A stretch of 64,000 bases of DNA, taken from positions 1 to 64,000 of the forward strand of contig NIVC01002362.1 of the NCBI GenBank assembly GCA_002269645.1, given 5' to 3'. Positions 25,582 through 38,214 of the stretch are shown here, piece by piece. The stretch is from Macrostomum lignano. Lineage: Eukaryota. Each line of letters opens with the position of its first letter. Positions within the stretch are counted from its first letter, which is position 1. The translations under genes were made by a program, and so were the position numbers. The notes under the pieces are model-generated. The model saw only the letters and a list, made by a program, of their open reading frames with translations, was not told the origin of the DNA and did no database searches.

Positions 25582-27859
25582 CACCATTTTACCCTCGCTT
25601 TTGAACAAACTCCGTTTCACTTTAGACAGTCGGAACTTCAGTTTAGACACTTTTAGACTGGAGCCCCGAATCTACATTCACTATCGACAAACTCCGTTTC
25701 AGTATCGACAGCTAAGCTTTGTGGTGCTACACTTCTATCTATTTACATAGGCAAGTACGGAAACGCACATCCAGATCTAGGCGAAACTCCCTTTCACTTT
25801 CGACAAACGCCACTTCTCCTTAAACAGTCTATGGTCTAAGCTGCTGAAACTCCGTTTCACTTTAGTCAACCAACATTCAAGATAGACAAGATACATTCAC
25901 TTTAGACAGATTCTTAGATGCGTCATTTGTTTACGCCTAGTGTTGGCTGAAAGAGGGGTTTTGACCATAGATACCTTTTAAGACACCCTTTTCGCCCCTT
26001 TGAACAGTGTGGGGTGGCAGGGTCGCCGGCCAGACCTTCCGAACTTCCGAACCAAAGTCTCAGCCTACTCTCTCTTCGCTCCAAACACTGAAGCCTATTC
26101 GCTAAAGATATTCGCTAAAGCAAGCCCTGAAAAAGATGGAGGACAGTGAAGATTCGTACCTAGAAGAGGAGCCTGGTTACGAAGACGAAAGTGAAAGCGA
26201 CTTTGAAGAGGAGGCTCCAGCGCAACAGCGACAGCCAGTGAGCAACCATGACAGGCAGCGACTTCTCTCCGCTTACCAGAAGGGCGAAGATTTTATCCTA
26301 CTGGCCTCTCAACTTGGCATCAAGAGAACGACCGCATATTCCATTGTGAGGAATGGATGAGTAGAGAAGCTTTCGTGCGGCGGAGCCAAGAACGTGAAGT
26401 GGGATGGTGAGATGCAAGAATATTTGTGCGCAATCATGGAGCAGAATCCATTGCTGACTCTGAAAGTGATGAACACCCTGCTCAGACAAGCTTTTCCTGA
26501 GAAGCAGCATGTCTCAGAAAAGACACTGAGCATAAAACTCGACGGTGCACTGTTCACAACGAAGCTGGCACGAGATCTTCCAGCTGAGCGCAACTCGCCA
26601 AGGGTTGTAGCCGCTCGTGAGCAATTTGCTCAGTGGATGTGCTCGCCCGAAGCATCTGACACAGAAGATCTTTATTGACGAGTTTGGCTTCAACACATGG
26701 ATGCGGCGATCCTATGGACGATCTCTTCGTGGACAGCACGTGTACCGACAAGTTTCTGGACAGAAGGGACAGCGCATCACCGTCTGCCTGGCAGTAAGCC
26801 CGGCTGCTGGAATCGTGCACTTCCAGTCATACGACAGCGGCATGACAAAGGAGAGATTCGGCGAGTTTCTCACAATCACAATCGCCGACTTCCACAGCGT
26901 GTTTCCAGACAGTAGCATCAGTGTTGTCATAGACAACGTCAGCAGCCACAATGACGCCGAAATCTACGAGGTCGAAGACGCTGTAAAAGTGAGATGACTG
27001 CCACCCTACAGTCCATTTCTCACCCCAGTTGACAACGCGATATCATGCTGGAAGGCGGCTCTGAAGCGTCGACTGTCGGCGATCCAAGATTCCTTCATCA
27101 GGCCGACCGAGCAGCAGCTTGCTGGTCGCAGCCTGGCGGCGTACCGCCGAGACATTCTACTCCGTGAGGTGGACGGCACCGCCGACTGCATCACTCCAGA
27201 GAAGGTGGCACGGTGGCTCAGCCGTTGCTTCAGGTATCTGCCACGGTGCTTGGCGTCTCAGCCAATTGATGGCTAATGGAAATCAGAACCCATCGCTGAA
27301 CTATCGCTTCGCTTCTGCTGGCTTTGCCGTTTTAATCACGACGCTGTTAAACAAACATTTTTCGGAACAGTCCTGCATTCTCAAATGCCTTTTAAATTAG
27401 GCCGCCAAACTAACTTTTTATTGATAAAAAATCCTCTTTGCACGCCATCTTCCGTTACAATGAAAGTTTTTATCCTTGAAAATTTCCATGAACATGCTTA
27501 ATAAACCTTTGCACACCTCCCGTGTGAGTTCATGTCTAAAGTGAATGTATCTTGTCTATCTTGAATGTTGGTTGACTAAAGTGAAACGGAGTTTCAGCAG
27601 CTTAGACCATAGACTGTTTAAGGAGAAGTGGCGTTTGTCGAAAGTGAAAGGGAGTTTCGCCTAGATCTGGATGTGCGTTTCCGTACTTGCCTATGTAAAT
27701 AGATAGAAGTGTAGCACCACAAAGCTTAGCTGTCGATACTGAAACGGAGTTTGTCGATAGTGAATGTAGATTCGGGGCTCCAGTCTAAAAGTGTCTAAAC
27801 TGAAGTTCCGACTGTCTAAAGTGAAACGGAGTTTGTTCAAAAGCGAGGGTAAAATGGTG
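25582..27859 (+). mobile_element. IS630/Tc1/mariner-superfamily DNA transposon, 2278 bp, 327-bp TIRs (25582-25908 and 27533-27859), TA target-site duplication
   Basis: The TIRs appear identical by eye. TA flanks at 25580-25581 and 27860-27861. The empty site GAGTAC-TA-CTAGTG is at 29081-29094. Each TIR has four AAACTCC(G/C)TTTCA direct repeats. Confidence 0.95.
26136..27276 (+). pseudogene. Disrupted IS630/Tc1-like transposase (HTH plus DDE-type domain)
   Basis: N-terminal HTH region (LASQLGIKRTTAYSIV). Catalytic motifs IFIDE, VVIDN and LPPYSPFLTPVD. In-frame TGA at 26358 and 26995, plus a frameshift near 26660. Confidence 0.9.
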
Positions 27860-28926
27860 TACTAGTGTTTATTGTTTAGTCAGTCAGACAGTCAGCCAGC
27901 CAGCCAGCCAGCCGGTTGGTTTGATTAACAGCAGCAGTATTAGAAGAAGCAGAAGAGACAAACATAAACTATCTAACATAGATAGATAGATAGATTACCA
28001 TAGACTAAAGTACTAACTAGTGTCGGTTAGCATCCATTTGTCTATCCATCCCTCCATTCAAACAAAGTGATGGATGTAGGGGTAAGAGATATCGATTCTA
28101 TTATTAGCAACTGTTACTATAATTGGCTACAAGATTTTAGCTCTCCATTCGTTATTATGTGTGTGTCTGTCTATTTATAGATGGTTGTTACCATATGTAG
28201 CCGACTAATATATATATTTATAGATGGTTGCTACTATATATAGCCGACTAATATATATTTATAGATGATTTTTACTATATATAGCCGCGTTAGTCTATTT
28301 ATATCGCTTTATTACTATAAATAGCGTTTATGTTACTAATTATGGATGTTGTTACTAAAAATATAATTGCATACTCGTCCCTAAGAGATATAGAGACGAA
28401 TTGATGATATATACGATAGGTTAGACACATAGACAACTAGTAGTAAATATTAGCGAGTGTAGCTATAGTCAGTCAGCGGTCTATATCTCTTAGGGACGAG
28501 TATGCAATTATATTTTTAGTAACAACATCCATAATTAGTAACATAGACTACTAATTATAGTAATTAAGCGATATAAATAGACTAACGCGGCTATATATAG
28601 TAAAAACCATCTATAAATATATAATAGTCGGCTATATATAGTAGCAACCATCTATAAATATATATATTAGTCGGCTATATATAGTAATAACCATCTATAA
28701 ATATGATGATGACCATGCTGATGCCGATGACCGTTTGTACTGTCTATTTATAGTAACATAAACAATATTTATAGTAACAATATCCTAACTCTAACCCTAA
28801 CCCTAGTTTAATATAAATAGTAACATAAACGCTATTTATAGTAACAATACCCTAACCATAACAATACCCTAACAATACACTAACCCTAACCCTAACCCTA
28901 ACTAACCCTAGTTTAATTCTTGGGGA

Positions 28927-30154
28927 CATTTCTCGAGAGAGCGCAGCGGTACCCCAGAAAAAAAACTCGGCTGTGACAGGTAAGTGGTTGGGTTGGGGTT
29001 GTGAATAATGATAGTGATAGGTAGGTAGATTGGGTGGGTTAGTTAGTTAGTTAGTCAGTTAGTCAATCGGTATGCTATATGAGTACTACTAGTGTTTATT
29101 GTTTAGTCAGTCAGACAGTCAGCCAGCCAGCCAGCCAGCCGGTTGGTTTGATTAACAGCAGCAGTATTAGAAGAAGCAGAAGAGACAAACATAAACTATC
29201 TAACATAGATAGATAGATAGATTACCATAGACTAAAGTACTAACTAGTGTCGGTTAGCATCCATTTGTCTATCCATCCCTCCATTCAAACAAAGTGATGG
29301 ATGTAGGGGTAAGAGATATCGATTCTATTATTAGCAACTGTTACTATAATTGGCTACAAGATTTTAGCTCTCCATTCGTTATTATGTGTGTGTCTGTCTA
29401 TTTATAGATGGTTGTTACCATATGTAGCCGACTAATATATATATTTATAGATGGTTGCTACTATATATAGCCGACTAATATATATTTATAGATGATTTTT
29501 ACTATATATAGCCGCGTTAGTCTATTTATATCGCTTTATTACTATAAATAGCGTTTATGTTACTAATTATGGATGTTGTTACTAAAAATATAATTGCATA
29601 CTCGTCCCTAAGAGATATAGAGACGAATTGATGATATATACGATAGGTTAGACACATAGACAACTAGTAGTAAATATTAGCGAGTGTAGCTATAGTCAGT
29701 CAGCGGTCTATATCTCTTAGGGACGAGTATGCAATTATATTTTTAGTAACAACATCCATAATTAGTAACATAGACTACTAATTATAGTAATTAAGCGATA
29801 TAAATAGACTAACGCGGCTATATATAGTAAAAACCATCTATAAATATATAATAGTCGGCTATATATAGTAGCAACCATCTATAAATATATATATTAGTCG
29901 GCTATATATAGTAATAACCATCTATAAATATGATGATGACCATGCTGATGCCGATGACCGTTTGTACTGTCTATTTATAGTAACATAAACAATATTTATA
30001 GTAACAATATCCTAACTCTAACCCTAACCCTAGTTTAATATAAATAGTAACATAAACGCTATTTATAGTAACAATACCCTAACCATAACAATACCCTAAC
30101 AATACACTAACCCTAACCCTAACCCTAACTAACCCTAGTTTAATTCTTGGGGAC
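28927..30154 (+). repeat. Copy 2 (uninterrupted) of the 1227-bp unit: G-rich start, internal 223-bp-arm inverted repeat (29399-29621 / 29707-29930), CCCTAA-like repeats at the end
   Basis: Read directly. The same hairpin lies at 28172-28394 / 28480-28703 in copy 1. Confidence 0.93.
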
Positions 30155-30810
30155 GCTCTCGAGAAATGTGAAATTTCTCTAAGTGTCAAAATTATTTTGA
30201 CTTAGAAAATTTTCGCGCCGAAAAAATTTTTTTTATTTCATTTCGTCTATCTAATAAAACGTATGCTGCTGTTTGCCCAAACTGTCTCACGGCCAATCTG
30301 TCTTCGGAAAGTGCATATAGATTTCTTGGAAAATCTGTCTGGGGAACATCATGTTGGTTTCTATTGTCTGCCAGTCAGTCAGTCAGTCTGTCTGTCTGTC
30401 TGTCTGTCTATCTGTCTGTCTGTCTGTCTGTCTGTCTCAGGATTGTCCCATCGCACTGCCATTATGTCCAATAAAAGTGCATTCAGTTTTCTTGGAAAAT
30501 ATTTCTGGGGAAAGCGCAAACTGTAACTAACTCCCCAGACACTAACTCTAACCCTAACACTGGGGTGTTCAGCAGTGTTCTGGGGAATGCTTGCTGTCTG
30601 GGGAATGCTTGCTATCTGGGGTGGATGCTTGCTATCGGGGGGATGCTTGCTGTCTTTCTTTACTCCCCAACGAAATGGAAAGCCTGACATTTCTATCTTG
30701 GAAAATCTGCCTGAGGAAACCGCAAACTGTCCCTTCTCCGCTAATCCGTCTTTGGGAATATCAAGTTGATTTCTTTCTATGATAATCTGTCCGGGGAAAC
30801 CGCAAACTAG
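30154..30810 (-). repeat. Right inverted-repeat arm: 65-bp terminal block, four copies of a TCTTGGAAAATCTGTCTGGGGAAACCGCAAACT-like motif, (GTCT)n, and the inverted 17/18-bp array (30580-30654)
   Basis: Motif copies at about 30324, 30490, 30696 and 30785. Reverse-complement counterparts at 25057-25111. Confidence 0.8.
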
Positions 30811-31358
30811 CTTTTGGTTCAAACTATGCACTCTTGTAGGCATTAGTAAATCAGTTAAAGGTATAGACAACATTAATTGATTGATTGATTCAGTATATAA
30901 GTGCAGCCATACTGTTTCAATTGATCGTCAAATTTAAACTGTACTTGGAAACGATTGAAATTTCCATTCAAACCATAGACACAAGTTTCCTATACAGGGC
31001 GCATACACTCATGGAATGCTGTAATATACAGACTCTGGAGTGGAATTATCGTATATTGGACCATAGACAGTTGTCTGTTAGTCAGTTGTATTCTATATTT
31101 GCACATAGTATTGCATTTAGAAGTAAAGCGAGATTCCAATCCATTATACTAGCTATAGAACTCCTGGTACATGCGCGCTCGATTTATCAAATGCACACTG
31201 TACAAAATAGACAGTTAATTACCAGACTGTGTTAACACATAGACATTTTTATTGACTTAAAACTCTACTTAAAGCTCGATTAATCAGTCTGAGTCCTCTC
31301 TCGCATTTTTTCTCTCTGTCGCTATCTCTCACCTATATAGCAACAAATACAATTCAAC

Positions 31359-31800
31359 ATGCAACGGCAGCCTACTGACAACAACGTTACCGGTTGCGGA
31401 GATGGTGCTACGCGATCTATACCGAATCGACTAGTCACCATCGTAAACAACCTGTGGTCAACGGTAATGTCGTTTGTATCAGATACATCGACCAACAGCA
31501 ATGTACAACAAGATGCTGCTATCGAGTTGTGCAATACGGCTGCCGGTTTTGATGTAGATGCCGCTGCAGTCAGTGCTGTTGCTGCTGCGCCTGCTGCTGC
31601 TGCTGCTGCTGCCGATGCTGTTGCTGCTGCGCCTGCTGCTGCTGCTGCGCCTGCTGCTGCTGCTGCTGCTGCCGATGCTGCTGCTGCGCCTGCTGCTGCT
31701 GTTGTTGCTGCTGCTGTTGTTGCTGCCGATGCTGCTGCTGCTGCTGCTGCTGTTGCTGCCGATGCTGCTGCTGCGCCTGCTGCTGCTGTTGTTGCTGCCG

Positions 31801-31838
<38 letters not shown>

Positions 31839-34800
31839 GATGCTGCCGCTGCTGCTGATGCTGCTGCTGCCGATGCTGAACCGTCTACAGTGCCAAAGTC
31901 GCATACTCCTACGCCTGATTTGTCCGCTCATACACCGGTTGTGTGGCGTGACAGCACCATCGACGAGGACGATTATGCGAATGGAATTGTTGCCACCTTT
32001 TCTCCGGCTGCATCATTCTCGACTGGCGATCTCATTGGCGAGTTTTGTCGAGCATCGACTCCAAAACAATCGTCAGCCGCGGCGAATGACTTACTCAACG
32101 CGTCTATCTCGTCAGTCAACAGTCAGCTGTTATTCTGCAATGACGATGAGTTTATGCGCGATGTAGAACCGACAGCCAATAATGGCAACAAAAGTGAGTA
32201 GAAAACAACTATATTTTATCAATATATCTAAGCTTAACTAATTCGAATGATTGATAGACGCAAGTCTGTTATACATGAGCGTTTGAACTGACTGACTGAT
32301 TGATTGATTGATTGATTGTTTGTTTGCTTGGTTTGTTGAATGAAAGGATTAAATTGTATAAATTAGTGTCTTTTTTTTAACAAATAATTATCACAGGGCC
32401 GAGTGTTCAAGATGGCGCGTCGTTTGCTTCACCGACTAGCAAACCAAGTTGTAAAAGGCGACGTCAACAGCTAATGCGCTCCGACTGCGAACTTGTATCG
32501 GATGCATCTTCGTCATCACAGTTGTCGAGCGCAAAGCCGTCGCCCTATCAACGACACACTGGACAATCGCCAGACGATGCGCGGCGATCTGATGCGTCCA
32601 GTACAATAGGCGCGCCCAATCATCGGACGACCATAGCATCAGCCCGTAGATCGAGTCGGACGAGATTGACCAGCAACAGCGACTCTGGCAGTTCTGTTAG
32701 CTCGCATACGATCGATCGTATCCGGTCACACGTATTGTCACGCCATGCGTCTGTCTCGATTGCGGCGGCAACAGCGGCAAATTCGATGACAACGAAAGAC
32801 AGGGCGTTTGCTGCGATACGAGCGAAGTGTTATGCGAGGGCCAAATGTGTACAGTCGCCATCAACAGTATGTGCGTCACGGGCTGTACCATATGCGATAC
32901 ATGGTTTGGATGCGGCTGCGACGACTATCGATGCGGCGAATGATGTGGCGGCGTCGGCGGCGTCGTCGACGGCTAATTTGGCAGCGAACATGGCACAGGC
33001 TGCTGCGTCGTCGACGGCTAATTTGGCAGCGAACATGGCACCGACTGATGCGGCGGCGGCGGCGGCGGCGGCGTCTGCGACGGCGTCGGTTGTGGATGAC
33101 TTATCGTCAATCAGTAGTCAATCGCTGACTGATGCAGCCAATCTAGCCGCAAACGCCGCCGCGTATGCCAATAGAAACGCGCGTCCGACTGTCCCACGGG
33201 ATGTACAATCCGGATATGCACTGGCCTCCGGACCAATACATTTCCATAGAAATCAAGACGTCGAACCACTCAACGCGTTTTCAAGAGACGATCGTCACGT
33301 GCTCAGCATAAAGCGGATACACCACATTGTGGAATTGTCCGGTGTGCTTGATGCCGACCAACTGAAAGTACGTCTCTATATAGCACTGCGCGGTCGAAGT
33401 AATGCGCTTGTTGTCGCCAATCTAACCGGAAATTCGCCCAACATGCTGGATGACGATGAGATGATTCATAAGGCGCTTAATCGTCACAGGCAATCGAAGC
33501 ATGGGGCCGTGGACAGTCTGGATTATAACTGGTGTGGAGTTACGCTGTACATACAAACACCCAGCAGCATTACCGGCTACCAGTTATATAACATCATTCA
33601 CCAGATACTGTCTACTGATCCGAATATCCGGTATTTAGTAAGCGACAACGATTGCCGAATCATCATCGCTGGCGTCCGACAGGTCAAGAATGCGTTGGTC
33701 TCAGTTACACGGCACGACGGCGGCGCCATGCTACGTAATGTAAATATGTCCGATTGTAGCATGCTCGTGTCGGCGTATCATTGGATTGAAAATCATAGCG
33801 AGCTAGTAGTCACACCAGATCCGGAGGACGATTTTCTGATGCATCACGTGACGTGCAAGCACGAGCTAACTCGTCTTTTTCAGCGCGTACAGAAAATTCG
33901 TCGATTCAATCTAGAGCGTCTCATTGGTTGTGCGTGCTGTGCTCATTTTATAAATCTGCATACGCGCGATCGTACCATCAACGACGTCTCTATTGGCAAC
34001 AACAACCAATCGACGACTGGTGTAGACAACAATCAGTCCAATGAAAGCGAGACTAACGCCACTAATCCGACTAATGCTGCTGATGCTGCTGCCGACGCCG
34101 CCTTTGTCGCCGATAACGCCGCCGCCGCCGCCGCAGCCGTTGCCGCCGACTCAACTGCCGCTGTACGAGTCGACAGACCGCTGGACGAACGACGACGCGG
34201 ATGTCCAACGATGCGAGCCGTGTGCGCAGCTCTCCGCCAATGTAAAGGTGTGGTGTACCTATGGGGGCCGCCTGGTGTTGGCAAAACTCATAGCGTAGCT
34301 GCGCACTGCGGTGAAACTCGTGTTGTCAATATAGTCCCGTCACGAACTACAGCCAACACGTTTTTATTCGATCCGTTGGACATCGCTGTACATCGCGTCA
34401 TGTTCATCGACGAGGTTCGACCAGAGCTGTTCGATTCAAAGTCTGACGCTATGGTGAGTAAATTAGTACATAATTGTTGATTGTTGATAATAAATTATGC
34501 AAATTTATGTAATTTATCAATATTGTTGATATTGATTTATGTTAATGTTTATTGTCCATCGTGCAGGTTCCGCTCCTACGGTTGATCAATGGAGACACCT
34601 TCAATGTCAACCAGAAGTATCAATCGATAGTGAGTCACCATTGGCGAGACAGACTACTCGTCCTGGCTGGTCACGACCCTGTGAATGCGTACAGCCCCGA
34701 TGTAAAAAGACGTCTTCGGCATGGGCTCACATTGCAAGGTCGACTCGTCTCGGTGCTGCACGTTGGGCATCCGCTATATGGGACGTACGACTGTGACGGG

Positions 34801-34848
34801 ACGTGCGAGCCTGTACGAGATCTAACAGGTGATCCCATACGCGATTGA
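31359..34848 (+). CDS. Three-exon gene (31359-32193, 32397-34453, 34567-34848; 1057 aa) for a parvovirus NS1/Rep-like superfamily-3 helicase protein with a long Ala/Ser-rich N-terminus
   Basis: Both introns are GTGAGT...CAG and restore the frame (phase 1 and phase 0); total 3174 nt. Walker A GPPGVGKT (34265-34288), FLFD..., Walker B MFIDE, B' LLRLINGDTFNVNQKY, motif C-like LLVLAGH, Arg-finger-like KRRL. Confidence 0.8.
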
Positions 34849-35252
34849 TTGTAGTGCCCGACTGTTTGTTTTAAATTTCGCGGCATTAATAGCAGCAGTA
34901 GCAGCAGCAGCATCAGCATTATATCAGCATTTATTATAGCAGCATTTCTAGCAGCAGCAGCAGCAGCAGCAGCAACATATTAACAGATTATGTATTTTAT
35001 AGATTAGATGTATATATTATTTTTCCAATTAATTTAACTATCCCAGTCAATACGAGACTGATTATGAAATAGCTAGGGCAACAAAATAAGCTAGCAGATA
35101 TTTTTATCTCAATCAATTCTTCTTTTAATATCTCCTTCCTTGTGTCCATTCTAATACTCGTAGTTGACAGAAAGTACATTTTCTTGTGAGAGTTTGTGTA
35201 ATCTGGTTTGACACATAGACTAAATTGTATGAGAATGAAATGTGTGGACCTG

Positions 35253-35483
35253 CTAGTTGTCTATGGTAATCAGTCGACATTCTAATAATCTTAATATCGA
35301 CATCTCAATAGCTGAATATGTCTGTTTGTAGTGGCTAGCATGGTCGGTGCATGCGGGTGAACATAAACGTTTGCATTTGTGAGTATGGTCGGTGCACACT
35401 GGTGAACAGGACTGTTTGCATGCAGTGGCGATTATAATCGGTGCACATGGCTGGTTGCAGTGGCGAGCATGGTCGATGCACAC
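35253..35483 (-). other. About 45-bp tandem repeat open as a Cys/His-rich 15-aa repeat (CSPVCTDHTHKCKRL-like); coding status uncertain
   Basis: ORF track and visible repeats. Confidence 0.3.
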
Positions 35484-35917
35484 GACTGACTGTTAAAACT
35501 GGAAAATTGATTGAGATAAACCAACTGACATCTGTATATTAATTAGTAAGTAGGGAAAAAATCACAATGTTTTATATGTTGCTTCTGCCATTTTTTAATC
35601 GTTTGTACATATGTATATATATATATATTATTTATTTATTTATGTGATTATATTTTTGCTCGTGGTTTGTACATATTATTGTATCCATAGTTGATTGGTT
35701 GACTTTGTTTCAAAGTGGTCAATTTGTTGTTTTGTTAAATACTTGTATGTGTACAGTGCATGCCGTTACCGTTATGCATACGTTATAAAATTTGTTTGTA
35801 TAATATTTAAGTGGTTTATTGACCAATATTCCGTTGCTGGTTGTTGGTGCCAAAACTTTGTCCAAGACATCCACACACACACACAAATTCATATGGGTCA
35901 ATGTTTTAGTCATGGCC

Positions 35918-37547
35918 GGTCACATCACCATTCAATTTGGTCACATCACCAATCAGCCTGGGTCTCATCACCAGTCAGCCTCGGTCACATCACCATTCAA
36001 CTCGGTCACATCACCAGTCAGTCGGGTCACATCACCAGTCAGTCTGGTCACATCACCAGTCAGTCGGTCTGTTCATATCACCAGTCAACTCAGTCACATC
36101 ACCAGTCAGTTGGGTCATATCACCAGTCAACTCGGTCACATCACCAGTCAACTCGGTCACATCACCAGTCAGTCTGGTCACATCACCAGTCAGTCGGTCT
36201 GTTCATATCACCAGTCAACTCGGTCACATCACCAGTCAACGCTGTCACATCACCAGTCAACTCGGTCACACCACCAGTCAGTTGGGTCACATCATCAGTC
36301 AGTCTGGTCGCATCACCAGTCAGTCGGTCTGGTCATATCACCAGTCAACTCGGTCACATCACCAATCAACTCGGTCACATCACCAGTCAACTCGATCACA
36401 TCACCAGTCAGTTGGGTCATATCACCATTCAACTCGGTCACATCACCAGTCAGTCGGGTCACATCACCAGTCAGTCTGGTCACATCACCAGTCAGTCGGT
36501 CTGTTCATATCACCAGTCAACTCAGTCACATCACCAGTCAGTTGGGTCATATCACCATTCAACTCGGTCACATCACCAGTCAGTCGGGTCACATCACCAG
36601 TCAACTCGGTCACATCACCAGTCAGTCGGTCTGGTCATATCACCAGTCAACTCGGTCACATCACCAGTCAACTCGGTCACATCACCAGTCAACTCGGTCA
36701 CACCACCAGTCAGTTGGGTCACATCATCAGTCAGTCAGGTCACATCACCAGTCAGTCGGGTCACATCACCAGTCAACTCAGTCACATCACCAGTCAGTCG
36801 GTCTGGTCATATCACCAATCAACTCGGTCACATCACCAGTCAATTCGGTCACATCACCAGTCAGTCGGATCACATCACCAGTCAACTCGGTCACATCACC
36901 AGTCAACTCGGTCACATCACCATTCAACTCGGTCACATCACCAGTCAGTCGGGTCACATCACCATTCAACTCGGTCACATCACCAGTCAACTCGGTCACA
37001 TCACCAGTCAACTCGGTCACATCACCAGTCAACTCGGTCACATCACCAGTCAGTCGGGTCACATCACCAGTCAACTCGGTCACATCACCAGTCAACTCGG
37101 TCACATCACCAGTCAACTCTGTCACATCACCAGTCAACTCGGTCACATCACCATTCAACTGGGTCACATCACCATTCAACTTGGTCACATCACCATTCAA
37201 CTTGGTCACATCACCAGTCAACTCGGTCACATCACCAGTCAACTCGGTCACATCACCAGTCAACTCGGTCACATCACCAGTCAGTCGGGTCACATCACCC
37301 GTCAACTCGGTCACATCACCAGTCAACTCGGTCACATCACCAGTCAACTCGGTCACATCACCAGTCAACTCGGTCACATCACCAGTCAACTCGGTCACAT
37401 CACCAGTCAGTCGGGTCACATCACCCGTCAACTCGGTCACATCACCAGTCAACTCGGTCACATCACCAGTCAACTCGGTCACATCACCAGTCAATTCGGT
37501 CACATCACCAGTCAACTCGGTCACATCACCAGTCAGTCGGGTCATAT
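35918..37547 (+). repeat. 21-bp minisatellite GGTCACATCACCAGTCAACTC / ...AGTCAGTCG, about 75 copies
   Basis: Read directly. It explains ORFs 35695, 35819, 35937 and 36787. Confidence 0.96.
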
Positions 37548-38209
37548 CGATAGATCAACAACTTAGTAATCTTAATTAACTGTCAAACTTGTCCTCACAG
37601 ATGCCAACGGTGTGTGATTATAATTGTCAATGTTGCTTTGCTAGTGAATGTAATCAAAACTGTTAACATTGTGTTAGTATATATGTATGTATGTATGTAT
37701 GTATATATGCGTGTGTGTGCGTGTATGCGTCTGTTTGTCAAAGCTTTGCTCAATTGAGTCAAATCTGAGTACACGATTTATATTCGATATAACAGAAAAA
37801 AAAGAAAAAATAAAAACCAGCATACGAACAACGGATAATAACTGCCAATAAACTGATTAAAATTTTCGTTGAAATATAATATAGTTTAAAAAAAAATTAT
37901 ATTTACAAATGTGAGCCATTCTTTTTTATTGTTTTACATTTTTTCCGTATTGTCAGATGTAGACTATTTTGAATCATAATAAAGTCAGTCAAATAGTATG
38001 AGAAGGCACCGCGTCTGGACGAGGCAGCGTCTGATGAACTGGTTGACCGATTGTTGGTCGTTGATTGTGAATACACTCCATTATGTTGGATCCACTGGTA
38101 CACCAATGTGGTGGTCACACGCGCTGTCGGAAATTGATTGGGTAGCGATATGCTGTAAGACATTCATTTAGAATGGACTGCTAACCTAACATACACAATT
38201 GTACATGTG

Positions 38210-38214
<5 letters not shown>

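Larger units (their letters stand above)
25420..28927 (+). repeat. Copy 1 of a 1227-bp tandem unit, interrupted by the 2278-bp Tc1-like insertion
   Basis: 25420-25581 plus 27862-28927 match 28927-30154; 1227+2280=3507. Confidence 0.93.

Noticed and set aside
28785-28912. True telomere or chromosome-fusion site
   Set aside because: The CCCTAA repeats are short, degenerate and embedded in a duplicated unit; kept only as telomere-like motifs.
35695-37579. 538-623 aa His/Ser/Thr-rich ORFs (and 44317-45165)
   Set aside because: The 21-bp unit is stop-free in several frames at once, so no frame is privileged; treated as a minisatellite.
37997-38135. Short plus-strand frame ...ASDELVDRLLVVDCEY... 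resembling a helicase Arg-finger region
   Set aside because: Only about 46 codons, with a weak acceptor, and overlapping minus-strand frames are equally plausible.
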